Origin: Gammaproteobacteria bacterium
GTDB taxonomy: Bacteria; Pseudomonadota; Gammaproteobacteria; Eutrophobiales; Eutrophobiaceae
Direction of reading: 5' to 3'
DNA: 64,000 nt
Assembly (NCBI GenBank): GCA_965202685.1
Contig: OZ241853.1
Location: 2,585,622 to 2,649,621 of the forward strand
Shown: positions 41,010 through 51,649 of the stretch, piece after piece
How positions within the stretch are numbered: the stretch's first letter is position 1
How the letters are laid out: each line of letters starts with the position of its first letter
Program-made: the position numbers and the translations under genes
Notes under the pieces: model-generated
Seen by the model: the letters and a program-made list of their open reading frames with translations, nothing else
What the model was told of the DNA's origin: nothing
The model's database searches: none

Positions 41010-44000
41010 TTGAAAGACTTATTGAAACTGCTTAAGCAACAGGACCAGGTTGGCGAATTTGACAACATCTCCATCGGGCTGGTGTCTCCCGAGAAGATTC
41101 GCGCTTGGTCCATGGGCGAGGTCAAGAAGCCGGAAACCATCAACTACCGCACTTTCAAGCCGGAGCGGGACGGCCTGTTTTGCGCGAAGATTTTCGGCCC
41201 CACCAAGGATTACGAGTGCCTGTGCGGCAAGTACAAGCGTCTGAAGCACCGCGGGGTCAAATGCGAAAAATGCGGGGTGGAAGTCACCCTGTCCAAAGAA
41301 CGCCGCAAGCGCATGGGTCATATCGAGTTGGCCAGCCCGGTGGCGCACATCTGGTATCTGAAATCGCTCCCGTCGCGCATGGGCCTGCTGTTGGACATGA
41401 CCTTGCGCGAGATAGAGCGGGTGCTGTATTTCGAGGCCTATGTGGTGATCGACCCTGGCATGACCGATCTGAAACCCATGCAGTTGCTGACGGAGAAAGA
41501 GTACAACGAGCACCGGGAACAGTATTTGGACGAGTTTGAGGCGCAGATGGGCGCCGAGGCCATCCATAAGCTGCTCAGCGGCATAGACCTCAAGCAGGCG
41601 CTTGAAGAGTTGGAGGAGGAGACTCCCAAGACCCGCTCTAAGGCGAAGCGGGAGAAGCTTGCCAAGCGCAAAAAGTTGTTGAAGGCCCTTAAACGCTCCG
41701 GCAACAAGCCTGAATGGATGGTGATGAAGGCCTTGCCTGTGTTGCCTCCGGATTTGCGCCCCTTGGTGCCGCTGGATGGAGGTCGGTTCGCCACCTCGGA
41801 CCTGAACGACCTGTACCGCCGGGTGATCAACCGAAACAACCGCCTGAAACGCCTGTTGGACCTGAGCGCGCCGGAGATCATCGTCCGCAACGAGAAGCGC
41901 ATGTTGCAAGAGGCGGTGGATGCGCTATTGGACAACGGGCGCCGCGGCCGGGCCATCACCGGGAGCAACAAGTTGCCGCTGAAATCGTTGGCGGACATCA
42001 TCAAGGGCAAGCAAGGCCGTTTTCGCCAGAACCTGCTCGGCAAGCGAGTGGACTATTCCGGGCGTTCCGTCATTGTGGTGGGGCCGACCCTGAAGTTGCA
42101 CCAGTGCGGGTTGCCCAAGAAGATGGCGCTGGAACTGTTCAAACCCTTCATTTTCAGCAAACTGGAGCGGCGCGGGTTGTCAACCTCCATCAAGGCCTCG
42201 AGGAAACTCGTGGAGCGGGAAGGGCCGGAGGTGTGGGACATCCTGGAAGAGGTGATCCGGGAACACCCGGTGTTGCTGAACCGGGCGCCCACGCTGCACC
42301 GCCTGGGCATACAAGCCTTCGAGCCGGTGTTGGTTGAAGGCAAGGCCATACAGTTGCACCCCTTGGTTTGCACGGCGTTTAACGCGGACTTCGACGGCGA
42401 CCAGATGGCGGTCCATGTGCCGCTTTCCATAGAGGCCCAACTAGAGGCCCGCACCTTGATGATGTCCACCAACAACATTCTGTCGCCCGCCAATGGCGAA
42501 CCTATCATCGTGCCTACCCAGGATGTGGTCCTGGGCCTGTATTACCTGACGCGCGAATCGGCGGCGGCGAAGGGCGCCGGCAAGGCGTTTGCGGACCTGG
42601 ACGAAGTCCACCGCGCTTATGAGTGCGGCGCCGTTGACTTGCATGCGCGCATCAGCGTGCGCATCAGGCAGGAGCCGCAAGCTGGCGATGACGCCGGGGA
42701 GGCGACTCTGCAACGGGTCAAAACGACGGTGGGGCGGGCCTTGTTGTCCCGCATCCTGCCCGAGGGCATGCCGTTTTCCTTGGTCAACCAGCCCTTGAAT
42801 AAAAAATCCATCTCCCGCCTGGTCAACGACTGCTATCGGCGCCTGGGTTTGAAAACCACGGTCATTTTTTCGGACCGGCTGATGTACGCGGGGTTTCACT
42901 ATTCCACCCGCGCCGGCGTGTCTTTCGGCGTGGAAGACATGGTGGTGCCGGAGGTGAAAAGCGAGATTAACGAGCAGACCGAAGCCCAGGTGAAGCACTT
43001 TGAGCAACAATACACCTCGGGGCTGATCACCGACGGCGAGCGTTACAACAAGGTGATCGATATCTGGTCCCACGCCAATGAGCAGGTGGCCAAGGCCATG
43101 ATGGAGAAGCTAGGGGTCGAAACGGTTGCCGATGCGCAGGTTGCTTATGACCAAGTGCAGGCCCGGATGAAGACGCTGGGGCTCGACGAAGCCGCCCCGG
43201 AGGACGATGCCTTGTTCCTGGTCAACCCGGACGCCTACCGCCAGCAGGCGGGGGAGGCGCAGGGTGAAAAAGTGGAGCAACCCTCCTTCAATTCCGTCTT
43301 TATGATGGCCGATTCCGGCGCCCGCGGCTCCGCGGCGCAGATCAGGCAACTGGCTGGGATGCGCGGCTTGATGGCCAAGCCGGATGGTTCCATCATCGAG
43401 ACGCCCATCACGGCGAACTTCCGCGAAGGGCTGGATGTGGCTCAGTACTTCATTTCCACCCACGGCGCCCGCAAGGGTCTGGCCGACACGGCCTTGAAGA
43501 CCGCCAACTCCGGCTACCTGACCCGGCGCCTGGTGGATGTGGCCCAGGATGTGGTCGTGACGGAAGAGGATTGCGGCGTTGCGAAAGAGGAGCAGGAAGA
43601 CGATAAGAAAGGCATCAGGTTGACTTCGCTCATCGAGGGCGGCGACATCGTGGAAGCCCTGCGTGAAAGGGTGTTGGGACGGGTGCTGGCGCAAGACGCG
43701 GTCAAGCCGGGCACTGAGAAGATAATTATCGAGGCTGGCGCCTTGTTGGACGAGGCTTCTGTGCAAAAGATGGATGACAACGGCATCGACGAGGTGTGGG
43801 TGCGCTCCGCCATCACCTGCAAGGCCCGCCACGGGATCTGCGCCCAATGCTACGGCAGGGACCTGGGGCGCGGGGATCTTGTCAACATCGGCGAGGCCGT
43901 CGGCGTGGTGGCCGCCCAGTCCATCGGCGAGCCTGGCACCCAGCTGACCATGCGCACCTTTCACATCGGCGGCGCCGCTTCCCGGGAAGCGGCCGTGAGC

Positions 44001-45503
44001 AGCATCGAAGTGAAATACGGCGGCGCTGTGAAGACGGAAGGCGTCAACTGGTTGCCGCAGGAAAGCGGCAACAAGGTGGTGGTTTCCCGTTCCGGCGAAG
44101 TGTCCCTGCTTGATGAAGTGGGACGGGAGCGGGAGCGTTACAAGATCCCTTATGGCGCGATTTTAACAGTCGACGAAGGCGACAAGGTTGAACCAGGCGC
44201 CCGGATCGCCAGCTGGGACCCCCATGCGCACCCTATGATATCCGAGGTGACGGGCCGCGTTCAGCTTGTGGATGTGGTGGAAGGCGCGACGGTGAACAAG
44301 CGGGTGGACGAGATAACCGGCTTGATCAACATCGAGATCATGGACCCGAAGACGCGAAGCGGCAACGCCAAGGAAATGCGCCCCGTGATCAAGCTGGTGA
44401 ACGACAGCGGGGAGGAGTTGAAGATACCGGGAACGGACATCCCGGCCCATTACCCGTTGCCCTCCAAGGCGGTCATCACCGTCAACGACGGCGCCGAGGT
44501 GAAAGTGGGAGACATCATCGCCAAATTGCCCCAGGAATCGCTGAAGACCCGCGACATCACTGGCGGTTTGCCCCGGGTGGCGGACTTGTTCGAGGCGAGA
44601 AAGCCCAAGGAGCCGGCGGTGCTGGCGGAAAAGAGCGGCATCGTGAGTTTTGGCAAGGAGACCAAGGGCAAGCAACGCCTGGTGATTGCCGACTCGAACG
44701 GGGAAACCCACGAACAGCTCATACCCAAATGGCGCCATGTGACCGTGTTCGAGGGGGAGCATGTGAGGGAAGGCGAGGTTGTGGCCGAGGGCGCCCCCGC
44801 GCCCCATGACATTCTCAGGTTGATGGGGGTGCATGAGCTGGCTAATTACATCGTGAACGAGATCCAGGAAGTGTACCGGTTGCAAGGAGTCAAGATAAAC
44901 GACAAGCACATCGAGGTCATCGTCCGGCAAATGTTGCGGAAAGTGGAGATCACGGAACCGGGCGACTCCGGTTTTACCCTGAACGAGCAAGTGGAGCGGG
45001 CTTTGGCGGTGGAGAAAAACAAGGAGCTGGAAAAGGAAAACAAAGCGCCGGCGCAGTTCAAAGATGTGTTGTTAGGCATCACCAAGGCCTCCCTGTCCAC
45101 CGAGTCCTTCATCTCCGCCGCCTCCTTCCAGGAAACCACGCGGGTGCTGACCGAGGCCAGCGTCAACGGCAAGAGCGATGAACTGCGGGGGCTGAAGGAG
45201 AATGTCATTGTGGGGCGGCTGATACCCGCCGGCACTGGCTTGGCCTACCATATCGAGCGCCGGGACAAATCGGAAGGCGAGGATTTGGCGGAAGAGGCGG
45301 TTTCGAAACAGGAGGCCCTGCAACAGGAAATTTTTGAAGAACACGCCTTTGCGAACGCCCCGGTTGAGGCCGGTTTGGACGAGGAGGCCATGGAGGACGA
45401 AGAGCTCTTGGAGGACGAAAAGCCCATTCAGGAAGGCGGCGCGGAACGGGAGTCGGAAGGCGAAGCCGCCATCATGGCCCCCGCCGCCCGCGCCTCTGAC
45501 TAA
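41010..45503 (+). CDS. rpoC: DNA-directed RNA polymerase beta' subunit (with an acidic C-terminal extension)
   Basis: TTG start. [11 protein letters not shown]…, zinc-binding [21 protein letters not shown], and [12 protein letters not shown] catalytic loop. 1497 aa with a Glu/Asp-rich tail of about 80 aa. Confidence 0.95.
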   Translation: MKDLLKLLKQQDQVGEFDNISIGLVSPEKIRAWSMGEVKKPETINYRTFKPERDGLFCAKIFGPTKDYECLCGKYKRLKHRGVKCEKCGVEVTLSKERRKRMGHIELASPVAHIWYLKSLPSRMGLLLDMTLREIERVLYFEAYVVIDPGMTDLKPMQLLTEKEYNEHREQYLDEFEAQMGAEAIHKLLSGIDLKQALEELEEETPKTRSKAKREKLAKRKKLLKALKRSGNKPEWMVMKALPVLPPDLRPLVPLDGGRFATSDLNDLYRRVINRNNRLKRLLDLSAPEIIVRNEKRMLQEAVDALLDNGRRGRAITGSNKLPLKSLADIIKGKQGRFRQNLLGKRVDYSGRSVIVVGPTLKLHQCGLPKKMALELFKPFIFSKLERRGLSTSIKASRKLVEREGPEVWDILEEVIREHPVLLNRAPTLHRLGIQAFEPVLVEGKAIQLHPLVCTAFNADFDGDQMAVHVPLSIEAQLEARTLMMSTNNILSPANGEPIIVPTQDVVLGLYYLTRESAAAKGAGKAFADLDEVHRAYECGAVDLHARISVRIRQEPQAGDDAGEATLQRVKTTVGRALLSRILPEGMPFSLVNQPLNKKSISRLVNDCYRRLGLKTTVIFSDRLMYAGFHYSTRAGVSFGVEDMVVPEVKSEINEQTEAQVKHFEQQYTSGLITDGERYNKVIDIWSHANEQVAKAMMEKLGVETVADAQVAYDQVQARMKTLGLDEAAPEDDALFLVNPDAYRQQAGEAQGEKVEQPSFNSVFMMADSGARGSAAQIRQLAGMRGLMAKPDGSIIETPITANFREGLDVAQYFISTHGARKGLADTALKTANSGYLTRRLVDVAQDVVVTEEDCGVAKEEQEDDKKGIRLTSLIEGGDIVEALRERVLGRVLAQDAVKPGTEKIIIEAGALLDEASVQKMDDNGIDEVWVRSAITCKARHGICAQCYGRDLGRGDLVNIGEAVGVVAAQSIGEPGTQLTMRTFHIGGAASREAAVSSIEVKYGGAVKTEGVNWLPQESGNKVVVSRSGEVSLLDEVGRERERYKIPYGAILTVDEGDKVEPGARIASWDPHAHPMISEVTGRVQLVDVVEGATVNKRVDEITGLINIEIMDPKTRSGNAKEMRPVIKLVNDSGEELKIPGTDIPAHYPLPSKAVITVNDGAEVKVGDIIAKLPQESLKTRDITGGLPRVADLFEARKPKEPAVLAEKSGIVSFGKETKGKQRLVIADSNGETHEQLIPKWRHVTVFEGEHVREGEVVAEGAPAPHDILRLMGVHELANYIVNEIQEVYRLQGVKINDKHIEVIVRQMLRKVEITEPGDSGFTLNEQVERALAVEKNKELEKENKAPAQFKDVLLGITKASLSTESFISAASFQETTRVLTEASVNGKSDELRGLKENVIVGRLIPAGTGLAYHIERRDKSEGEDLAEEAVSKQEALQQEIFEEHAFANAPVEAGLDEEAMEDEELLEDEKPIQEGGAERESEGEAAIMAPAARASD

Positions 45504-45526
45504 CCGCAATCTGCTTGCGCCCCACG

Positions 45527-45568
45527 CCCCGGCCCTCGCGGCCGGGGCGCCGGGGGCTGCCCCGGTTT
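45527..45568 (+). terminator. two tandem GC-rich hairpins after rpoC (putative terminator)
   Basis: Hairpin 1: ccccggcc / ggccgggg (8 bp, loop cucgc). Hairpin 2: ccgggg / ccccgg (6 bp, loop gcug), followed by a short uuucc. Confidence 0.4.
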
Positions 45569-45614
45569 CCTGTGCTATCATTTCGCCGAGACAATCTGAG
45601 CGGGGTCATCTGAC

Positions 45615-46403
45615 ATGAATGACATGAAGCGCCGTGTTGCGCAAATTCTGCCGGGCCTGCTGGCCGGGTGCTTGCTGACAAGCCTGGCAACGGTTGTGAG
45701 CGCCCAAGGCGCGGCGGGGGACGGGCGGTTTTACCTAGGCGCGGGGGTGAGCGCGGATTTTCAGGATCTCCGCTACGACAAAAGCGTTTATCGGGGGGAG
45801 GATTATCCTGGGGGGCCGGGGTTTGACGATTCCGGCGCCAGCGACAAGACCGGCTATGGCGCGGCCCTGTTGGCGGGCTATCGTTGGTCTTTGCCCGGCC
45901 AGGGGTTTTACCTGAGCGGCGAACTGGATGTGGCTTATCACGGCGGGGTGTTGCGGGGCGCGTTGGCGGGCACCGGGCAGCGCCAAGGGGATGTGTGGCC
46001 TGAGAATTGGAGCCTGGACCGGAATTACAGTTACGGACTGACCGCGAGGTTAGGCAGGGGGCCGGGTCCCGGGGGGGTGGGGTGGCACCTGTTGGCGGGC
46101 GTCCGGGGCGTCGACACGGACTTCACCATCACGGAAATCGGTTGCCCTGACCCCTTTGTCTGTCCGCCTGATCCCTTGGTCTCCGGCACCGTGAAGCGCG
46201 ACCGGACCCTGACCGCGTGGACCATTGGCGCGGGTTTGGAACGGGCCGTGGGAGCGAATGTCGCGTTGCAACTGGAGGCCCGTTACACCGATTACCTGCG
46301 CAAGAGCTGGAACAGGCTGTGGAACGAGGGAGAAGTGGTCATCCCCTCGGCCCTGGAGGGCGATGAAGTCACAGTGGCGGTGCGCCTGCTCCGCTATTTC
46401 TGA
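45615..46403 (+). CDS. outer-membrane beta-barrel protein (OmpA/OmpW-like porin family), copy 1
   Basis: Signal peptide MNDMKRRVAQILPGLLAGCLLTSLATVVSA. Alternating amphipathic strands. C-terminal …LRYF. Confidence 0.55.
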   Translation: MNDMKRRVAQILPGLLAGCLLTSLATVVSAQGAAGDGRFYLGAGVSADFQDLRYDKSVYRGEDYPGGPGFDDSGASDKTGYGAALLAGYRWSLPGQGFYLSGELDVAYHGGVLRGALAGTGQRQGDVWPENWSLDRNYSYGLTARLGRGPGPGGVGWHLLAGVRGVDTDFTITEIGCPDPFVCPPDPLVSGTVKRDRTLTAWTIGAGLERAVGANVALQLEARYTDYLRKSWNRLWNEGEVVIPSALEGDEVTVAVRLLRYF

Positions 46404-46543
46404 GGGCGCGCCCGGCAACGCCAGGGGCAGCATGAGCCACAGGCCAGCCCCGAGCCGCGCTGTCCAGGGTGCCGGGGGCAACCCCGGCGTCCTGTGCTAC
46501 TATTCCGCCGCGGCAATCTGAGATCTGAGCGGGGTCATCTGAC

Positions 46544-47338
46544 ATGAATGACATGAAGCGCCGTGTTGCGCAAATTCTGCCAGGTCTGCTGGTCGGGTGT
46601 TTGCTGACAAGCCTGACAACGGTTGTGAGCGCCCAAGGCGCGGCGGGGGACGGGCGGTTTTACCTAGGCGCGGGGGTGAGCGCGGATTTTCAGAACCTCC
46701 GCTACGACAAAAGCGTTTATCGGGCAGAGAATTATCCCGAAGGACCGGGGTTTGACGATTCCGACGCCAGCGACAAGACCGGCTATGGCGCGGCCCTGTT
46801 GGCGGGCTATCGTTGGTCTTTGCCCGGCCGGGAGTTTTACCTGAGCGGCGAGCTGGATGTGGCTTATCACGGCGGGGTGGCGCGGGGCGCGTTGGCGGGC
46901 ACCGGGCAACGCCAAGAGGATGTGTGGCCTACGAATTGGAGCATAGACCGGAATTACAGTTACGGACTGACCGCGAGGTTAGGCAGGGCTCCAGGTCCCG
47001 GGGGAGTGGGGTGGCACTTGTTGGCGGGCGTCCGGGGCGTCGACACGGACTTCACCGTCACGGAAACCGGTTGTCCTGACCCCTTTGTCTGTCCGCCTGA
47101 TCCCTTGTTCTCCGGCACCGTGGCGAGCGACCGGACCCTGACCGCGTGGACCATTGGCGCGGGTTTGGAACGGGCCGTGGGGGCGAATCTCGCGTTGCAA
47201 CTGGAGGCCCGTTACACCGATTACCTGCGCAAGAGCTGGAACAGGCTGTGGAGCGGGGGGGAGGGGGAAGTGGTCATCCCCTCGGCCCTGGAAGGCGATG
47301 AGGTCACAGTGGCGGCGCGCCTGATCCGCTACTTCTGA
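46544..47338 (+). CDS. outer-membrane beta-barrel protein, copy 2 (tandem paralog)
   Basis: 264 aa. Near-identical to copy 1, with scattered substitutions and a 2-aa insertion near the C-terminus. Confidence 0.55.
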   Translation: MNDMKRRVAQILPGLLVGCLLTSLTTVVSAQGAAGDGRFYLGAGVSADFQNLRYDKSVYRAENYPEGPGFDDSDASDKTGYGAALLAGYRWSLPGREFYLSGELDVAYHGGVARGALAGTGQRQEDVWPTNWSIDRNYSYGLTARLGRAPGPGGVGWHLLAGVRGVDTDFTVTETGCPDPFVCPPDPLFSGTVASDRTLTAWTIGAGLERAVGANLALQLEARYTDYLRKSWNRLWSGGEGEVVIPSALEGDEVTVAARLIRYF

Positions 47339-47355
47339 GGGCGCGCCAGGCCCGG

Positions 47356-48666
47356 CTATTCGGAGGACGCGGCTCGCTTCGCCAAGTCGTTGCGGTAGGT
47401 CTTGCCGCCTTTCATCACGAACAGGATCTGGCGCAAGGCCTTGATGTCCTCGGCAGGGTTGCCGCCCACGGCGACAATGTCGGCGTACTTGCCCGGTTCC
47501 AGAGAGCCAATGTCCTGTTCCGCGCCTAACAATCGAGCGGTTTCCGTGGTGGCGGAGCGCAACGCCTGCAACGGCGTCATGCCGGCTTCCACATAGTATT
47601 GCGCCTCGCGGGCGGTGGCCGTCGTCCCGTCATTGGGTTCCGCCGGGTGCTGGTCTGTGCCTAAGGCGATGTTGACCCCTTCCTCTATGGCCATTTCCAG
47701 GGCCCGCCAGTGCGCCTTGCCGGCGGACTCGCGGCGCTTCAGATACCAGGGCGGCGAACCGATCCTTTCGAAGAAGGGTTGCGTCGCCGGCTGACTCACG
47801 ACAATGGTGGGCACTAACCAAGTCCCGCTTTCCTTCATTTTTTGCAGGGTTTCCCGGTCGAGGAAATAGCCATGCTCGATGCAGTCTATCCCGGCCTCTA
47901 TGGCGACCTGAGTCGCTGTCGGCGAACCGGAGTGGGCCGTCACCTTCGCCCCGAACCGGTGGGCGGCGTCGATCACCGCGCTGATTTCTTCAGGCGTCAT
48001 CAAGGCGGCGGCCAAGCCGCCCCCGTCGGTGGCTATGCCCCCCGAGATGAGGATCTTGATCCAGGAGGCGCCGGCGCTGATTTGCGTCCGCGCCGCCTTG
48101 ACCAGTTCGTAGGGGCCGTCATAGTTGATCTTGCCCGGTTTCTTCGAGCCATGCCCGCCGGTGATGGTCAGCGTCTCTCCGGCGCTGAAGATGCGCGGGC
48201 CGTCGGCTTGTCCCTTGTTGATGGCCCTCATCAGGGCCAGGTCGGCATGCCGCGAGTCGCCAGTCAGACGGATGGTGGTCACGCCGGCTTGCAGGCTTTC
48301 CCGCGCCACCACCGCCATGCGCAGGGCCAGGGCCGCCTCGCTTTCATTTGCCAGTTCCGCCATCATCTTGCCCGGCAAGATCAGCCCCAGGTGGACATGC
48401 ATGTTCATCAGGCCGGGGATCAGCCAGGCGCCTCCAGCGTCTATGATGTCCGCGTCTTCAGGCACCGCCACGCTGCCGGCCTTGCCTATGGCGACAATGC
48501 GCTCGTCCTCCACGAGGATCACGGCGCCCTTCAGCGGGGCCTTGCCTTCAAGGTTCACCACCGCGCCGCCGACAATGGCGGTGGTCCCTGCCGCCGCCGC
48601 GCCCGGCAACGCCAGGCACAGCGCAAGCCACAGGCCAGCCCTGAGTCGCGCCAGCGCGCTATTCAT
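47356..48666 (-). CDS. secreted amidohydrolase-family metallo-hydrolase
   Basis: Signal peptide. HVHLG near the N-terminus (metal-binding HxH), …HGYF…, and …GTDQHP…. 436 aa. Confidence 0.7.
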   Translation of the reverse strand: MNSALARLRAGLWLALCLALPGAAAAGTTAIVGGAVVNLEGKAPLKGAVILVEDERIVAIGKAGSVAVPEDADIIDAGGAWLIPGLMNMHVHLGLILPGKMMAELANESEAALALRMAVVARESLQAGVTTIRLTGDSRHADLALMRAINKGQADGPRIFSAGETLTITGGHGSKKPGKINYDGPYELVKAARTQISAGASWIKILISGGIATDGGGLAAALMTPEEISAVIDAAHRFGAKVTAHSGSPTATQVAIEAGIDCIEHGYFLDRETLQKMKESGTWLVPTIVVSQPATQPFFERIGSPPWYLKRRESAGKAHWRALEMAIEEGVNIALGTDQHPAEPNDGTTATAREAQYYVEAGMTPLQALRSATTETARLLGAEQDIGSLEPGKYADIVAVGGNPAEDIKALRQILFVMKGGKTYRNDLAKRAASSE

Positions 48667-48668
48667 GG

Positions 48669-50996
48669 CTATTCACCATACTTGTACTGCACGCGAACGC
48701 CGTAGGTGCGGAACGACGGCTCCAAGGCGACGCCGCCGGCCCAGGCCTTGACATAGGCGTTGGCGTAATAGTTGCTGTTAAACAGGTTCTCGGCGTAAGC
48801 CACAACGGAAAAGTCTTTGTGCCGAACGCCGGCCCGCAGGTTGAAGAAATCGTAACTGGGCACCTTCCAGGGAAAACCCTTCTCCTGTATCAGACCTTCC
48901 ACCAGGGTCGTCTCCACCGTGTCCCGGAAAGTCCACTCCAGCCGCCCAAACCCCTCGTAATTGGCGCGGATGGGGAAAGCGTATTCGGCGTCCGCCGACA
49001 GGGTCCACTTGGGGGACAGAGGCGTGGTCTTGCCATCCAACACATGGTTGCACTCGGTGGAAGGAGGCCTGTGGTTGCAGACATTGTTGCGGATGAAGAT
49101 AGTGGCCTCGTCAAGTTTCGCCCGCAGATAGCCGACATTGAAATTCACCCTGAGATTGTCCACAGGCAGGGCGGAGAGAGACAGCTCCACGCCTTTCGAA
49201 GAGGCGGATTCCGCGTTGCTGATGATGCTGCCGCCGGCTGTTCCTTCCAGTTGCGGCACTAAAAATTCCACCTGCATATCGGTCCAGTCCATGTAGAACA
49301 GCGCCCCATTGATTCTCAACCTGTTGTCGAAAAAATCCGCCTTCACGCCCAGCTCGTAGTTCCACAGGACCTCCGGATCGAAAGGCACGCCCACCTCGCC
49401 GAACCGGGTCACGCCGCCTGACTTGAAGCCTTTTGAAATGGTGCCGTAGAGGTTGACGCCATCGCTGAGCGCGTAGTTCGCCGCGAACCGGGGGGAGAAA
49501 CTGGTGAATTTTTCCTTCACCGAAACCGCTATCACATCGCCGCCCACCGAGGTAAAGTTCTCCGACACCGTCCGGGTTTCCTCGCTGTAGCGTCCGCCTA
49601 AGGAGAGGGTCAACTGCTTTGTGAAGTCCGCGTCGAACTGGCCAAACAGGGCCCAGCCTTCGATGCCGTCCCGGTCGTCGCCGCCGCCGATGCGAAGCCA
49701 GGCTGGCAAACCGAAGCCATTGTCGGGGCCGGAGTAAGTGTCGCTCAGAAAATGCCCGTTGTCATCGGCGTACAGGCCGCCGAGGCTCCAGCGAAAGCGG
49801 GCCGTCTCGACGGTGTTCTGCACGCGAAACTCCTGGCTAAAGCTGTCGCGCTCGATGTTCCGAAACTCATTCCAGGCATCGAGGCTGGAACCATCCACAT
49901 CGCCGCTAAGGTAAAAATCGGATTCTATGTAGCCCGTGATGCTGGTGAACAACAAGTCGGCGACTTCGTAATCCACCCGGCCGGTTATCATCCGATAATT
50001 GGTGCCTACCTTTTGGGGGAAATCGAAGTTGACCCGGTTCGTGTTGTCCGGCCAGAAACCGATGCCATCCGGGGTCGGCTCGGTCAAGCCGTTGCCATCG
50101 GCGTCCGGGAAGCGCCGGAAGTCTCTGCCATAGAGCCGTTCCGCGAAGAAGGAAAACGCGCCTGAAGGCACGCCTTCCCGCATGCCCGCCTTCTCGGAGG
50201 CAAGAGTGCCGATCACATCCACCGTCAGGCCGTCGGTGGGGGTGAAGCGAATCGCCGCCTTGGCGTACTTGTATTTCGAGTCGTTGCCGCCGCCGACGGG
50301 GTGGACGTTTTTGATGTTGCCGTCTGAGTCCGCGTACTTGATGTTGCCGCGCAGGGCCAACAGGTCCTTGACCACCGGCAGGTTCACAACGGCTTCCACA
50401 TCCTTGGTGTCGAAGCGGGAATAATCCACCATGATGGACCCCGCCAGGTCGTTATGGGGTTTTTTCGTGGTCAGGCTGATGCCGCCGCCCAAGGCGTTTC
50501 TGCCGAAATAGGTGGCTTGGGGGCCGCGCAACACCTCGATGCGCTCAATATCCATGATGGGAGGGTTGCCGGTGCTGCCGTTGACGCTGAAATCATCCAC
50601 ATAAAACGCGAAAGTGGAAGACCTGAGGGTGGAGTTGACATTCAGGAAGTTGGTGGTTCCCCGGATGCTCAGCTCCCGGCGGGACCTGGAGCCCGTGGAC
50701 GCCCAGCTGGCGTTCGGGGTGCGGATGATGTAATCGCTCACATCCTGAAACATGAAGGCTTCGACCGACTCGGCGTTGAACGCGGAGATGCTGATAGGCA
50801 CATCTTGCAGGTTCTGCTCGCGCCGCTGGGCGGTCACCACCACTTCTTCGATGCCGGCGCCGTCCTGCGCCGCGACAGCGCCAGGCAATCCGGCCCCAAG
50901 GGCCAAGAAACCGGCGCTTAGCATTCCCGCAAGCCTTTTCGGCGCGCCAAAACCGCTCTGCGCGCCGCCGTAGTTAGCCATGTTGCTGTCTTTCAT
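48669..50996 (-). CDS. TonB-dependent outer-membrane receptor
   Basis: Signal peptide, plug motif EEVVVTAQRREQNLQDVPISISAF, 775 aa. Confidence 0.8.
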   Translation of the reverse strand: MKDSNMANYGGAQSGFGAPKRLAGMLSAGFLALGAGLPGAVAAQDGAGIEEVVVTAQRREQNLQDVPISISAFNAESVEAFMFQDVSDYIIRTPNASWASTGSRSRRELSIRGTTNFLNVNSTLRSSTFAFYVDDFSVNGSTGNPPIMDIERIEVLRGPQATYFGRNALGGGISLTTKKPHNDLAGSIMVDYSRFDTKDVEAVVNLPVVKDLLALRGNIKYADSDGNIKNVHPVGGGNDSKYKYAKAAIRFTPTDGLTVDVIGTLASEKAGMREGVPSGAFSFFAERLYGRDFRRFPDADGNGLTEPTPDGIGFWPDNTNRVNFDFPQKVGTNYRMITGRVDYEVADLLFTSITGYIESDFYLSGDVDGSSLDAWNEFRNIERDSFSQEFRVQNTVETARFRWSLGGLYADDNGHFLSDTYSGPDNGFGLPAWLRIGGGDDRDGIEGWALFGQFDADFTKQLTLSLGGRYSEETRTVSENFTSVGGDVIAVSVKEKFTSFSPRFAANYALSDGVNLYGTISKGFKSGGVTRFGEVGVPFDPEVLWNYELGVKADFFDNRLRINGALFYMDWTDMQVEFLVPQLEGTAGGSIISNAESASSKGVELSLSALPVDNLRVNFNVGYLRAKLDEATIFIRNNVCNHRPPSTECNHVLDGKTTPLSPKWTLSADAEYAFPIRANYEGFGRLEWTFRDTVETTLVEGLIQEKGFPWKVPSYDFFNLRAGVRHKDFSVVAYAENLFNSNYYANAYVKAWAGGVALEPSFRTYGVRVQYKYGE

Positions 50997-51457
50997 TTTT
51001 CCCCCTCTTGTTGATGGCTCAGAAAGTTGATCAGTGAAATTTTTCCCCCTTCCACAACAGCGTAACCCATGACCTGGGAGAGCCGGTCCGCGCCCTCGGC
51101 GCGGGCGCGGATAAGGTGGTGGGTGAAGATGCGGTCGCCGCTTGCAAAGCCCTCCTCGAAGGGCAGGACGATCTCGACGGATTCGGTGTTCTTCTGGATG
51201 CGCCTGAAATGCTCCACCATGGGCTCGATCCCGCGGGCCCGTTCGTCGCCATTGATGAAAATGGCGGCGTCCTCGGTGTAATAGCGGCGAAAAGCTCGCC
51301 CGGTGAACCCGTCGGGGTCTTTATACGCGCCATTCCACCAGGCGAACATGCGCTCCAACACATTGGCGTCCGTCCCGCGCTCGTCCGCCAAGGCCGCTGG
51401 GCTAAACTGGCATGCAATGGCCACCAGCAGGATCTTCAGAAGTCGTTTCATTGTCAT
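50993..51457 (-). CDS. small secreted protein, NTF2/SnoaL-like (function unknown)
   Basis: Signal peptide MTMKRLLKILLVAIACQFSPAALA. 154 aa. Start overlaps the receptor stop, so the two are co-transcribed. Confidence 0.35.
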   Translation of the reverse strand: MTMKRLLKILLVAIACQFSPAALADERGTDANVLERMFAWWNGAYKDPDGFTGRAFRRYYTEDAAIFINGDERARGIEPMVEHFRRIQKNTESVEIVLPFEEGFASGDRIFTHHLIRARAEGADRLSQVMGYAVVEGGKISLINFLSHQQEGEK

Positions 51458-51649
51458 TCCGTCCTCAATTTCCCGTAGAATGCCCTATAACGGCGCGCCT
51501 GTCAACCCATTTGGCCACAGGCTTTTTGCCGCAAGGGGCTGGGCCTGGCAACAAGCCGGGGGTCCGCCCCCGCGGGTGGCGTTTCAGCGCCGTCAATGCT
51601 ATCATAGCCAAAGTTGCTTGTCAGACTTGATCGTTTTAGGAGGCTTTCC

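Larger units (their letters stand above)
45550..47345 (+). repeat. tandem duplication (about 930-bp unit x 2) of an outer-membrane-protein gene together with its upstream region
   Basis: 45615..46403 and 46544..47338 encode proteins that are about 90% identical. The 5' leaders (…cctgtgcta.cat.tcgccg…aatctgag…cggggtcatctgacatgaatgac) and the 3' ends (…ccgcta.ttctgagggcgcgcc…) are also repeated. Confidence 0.8.
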
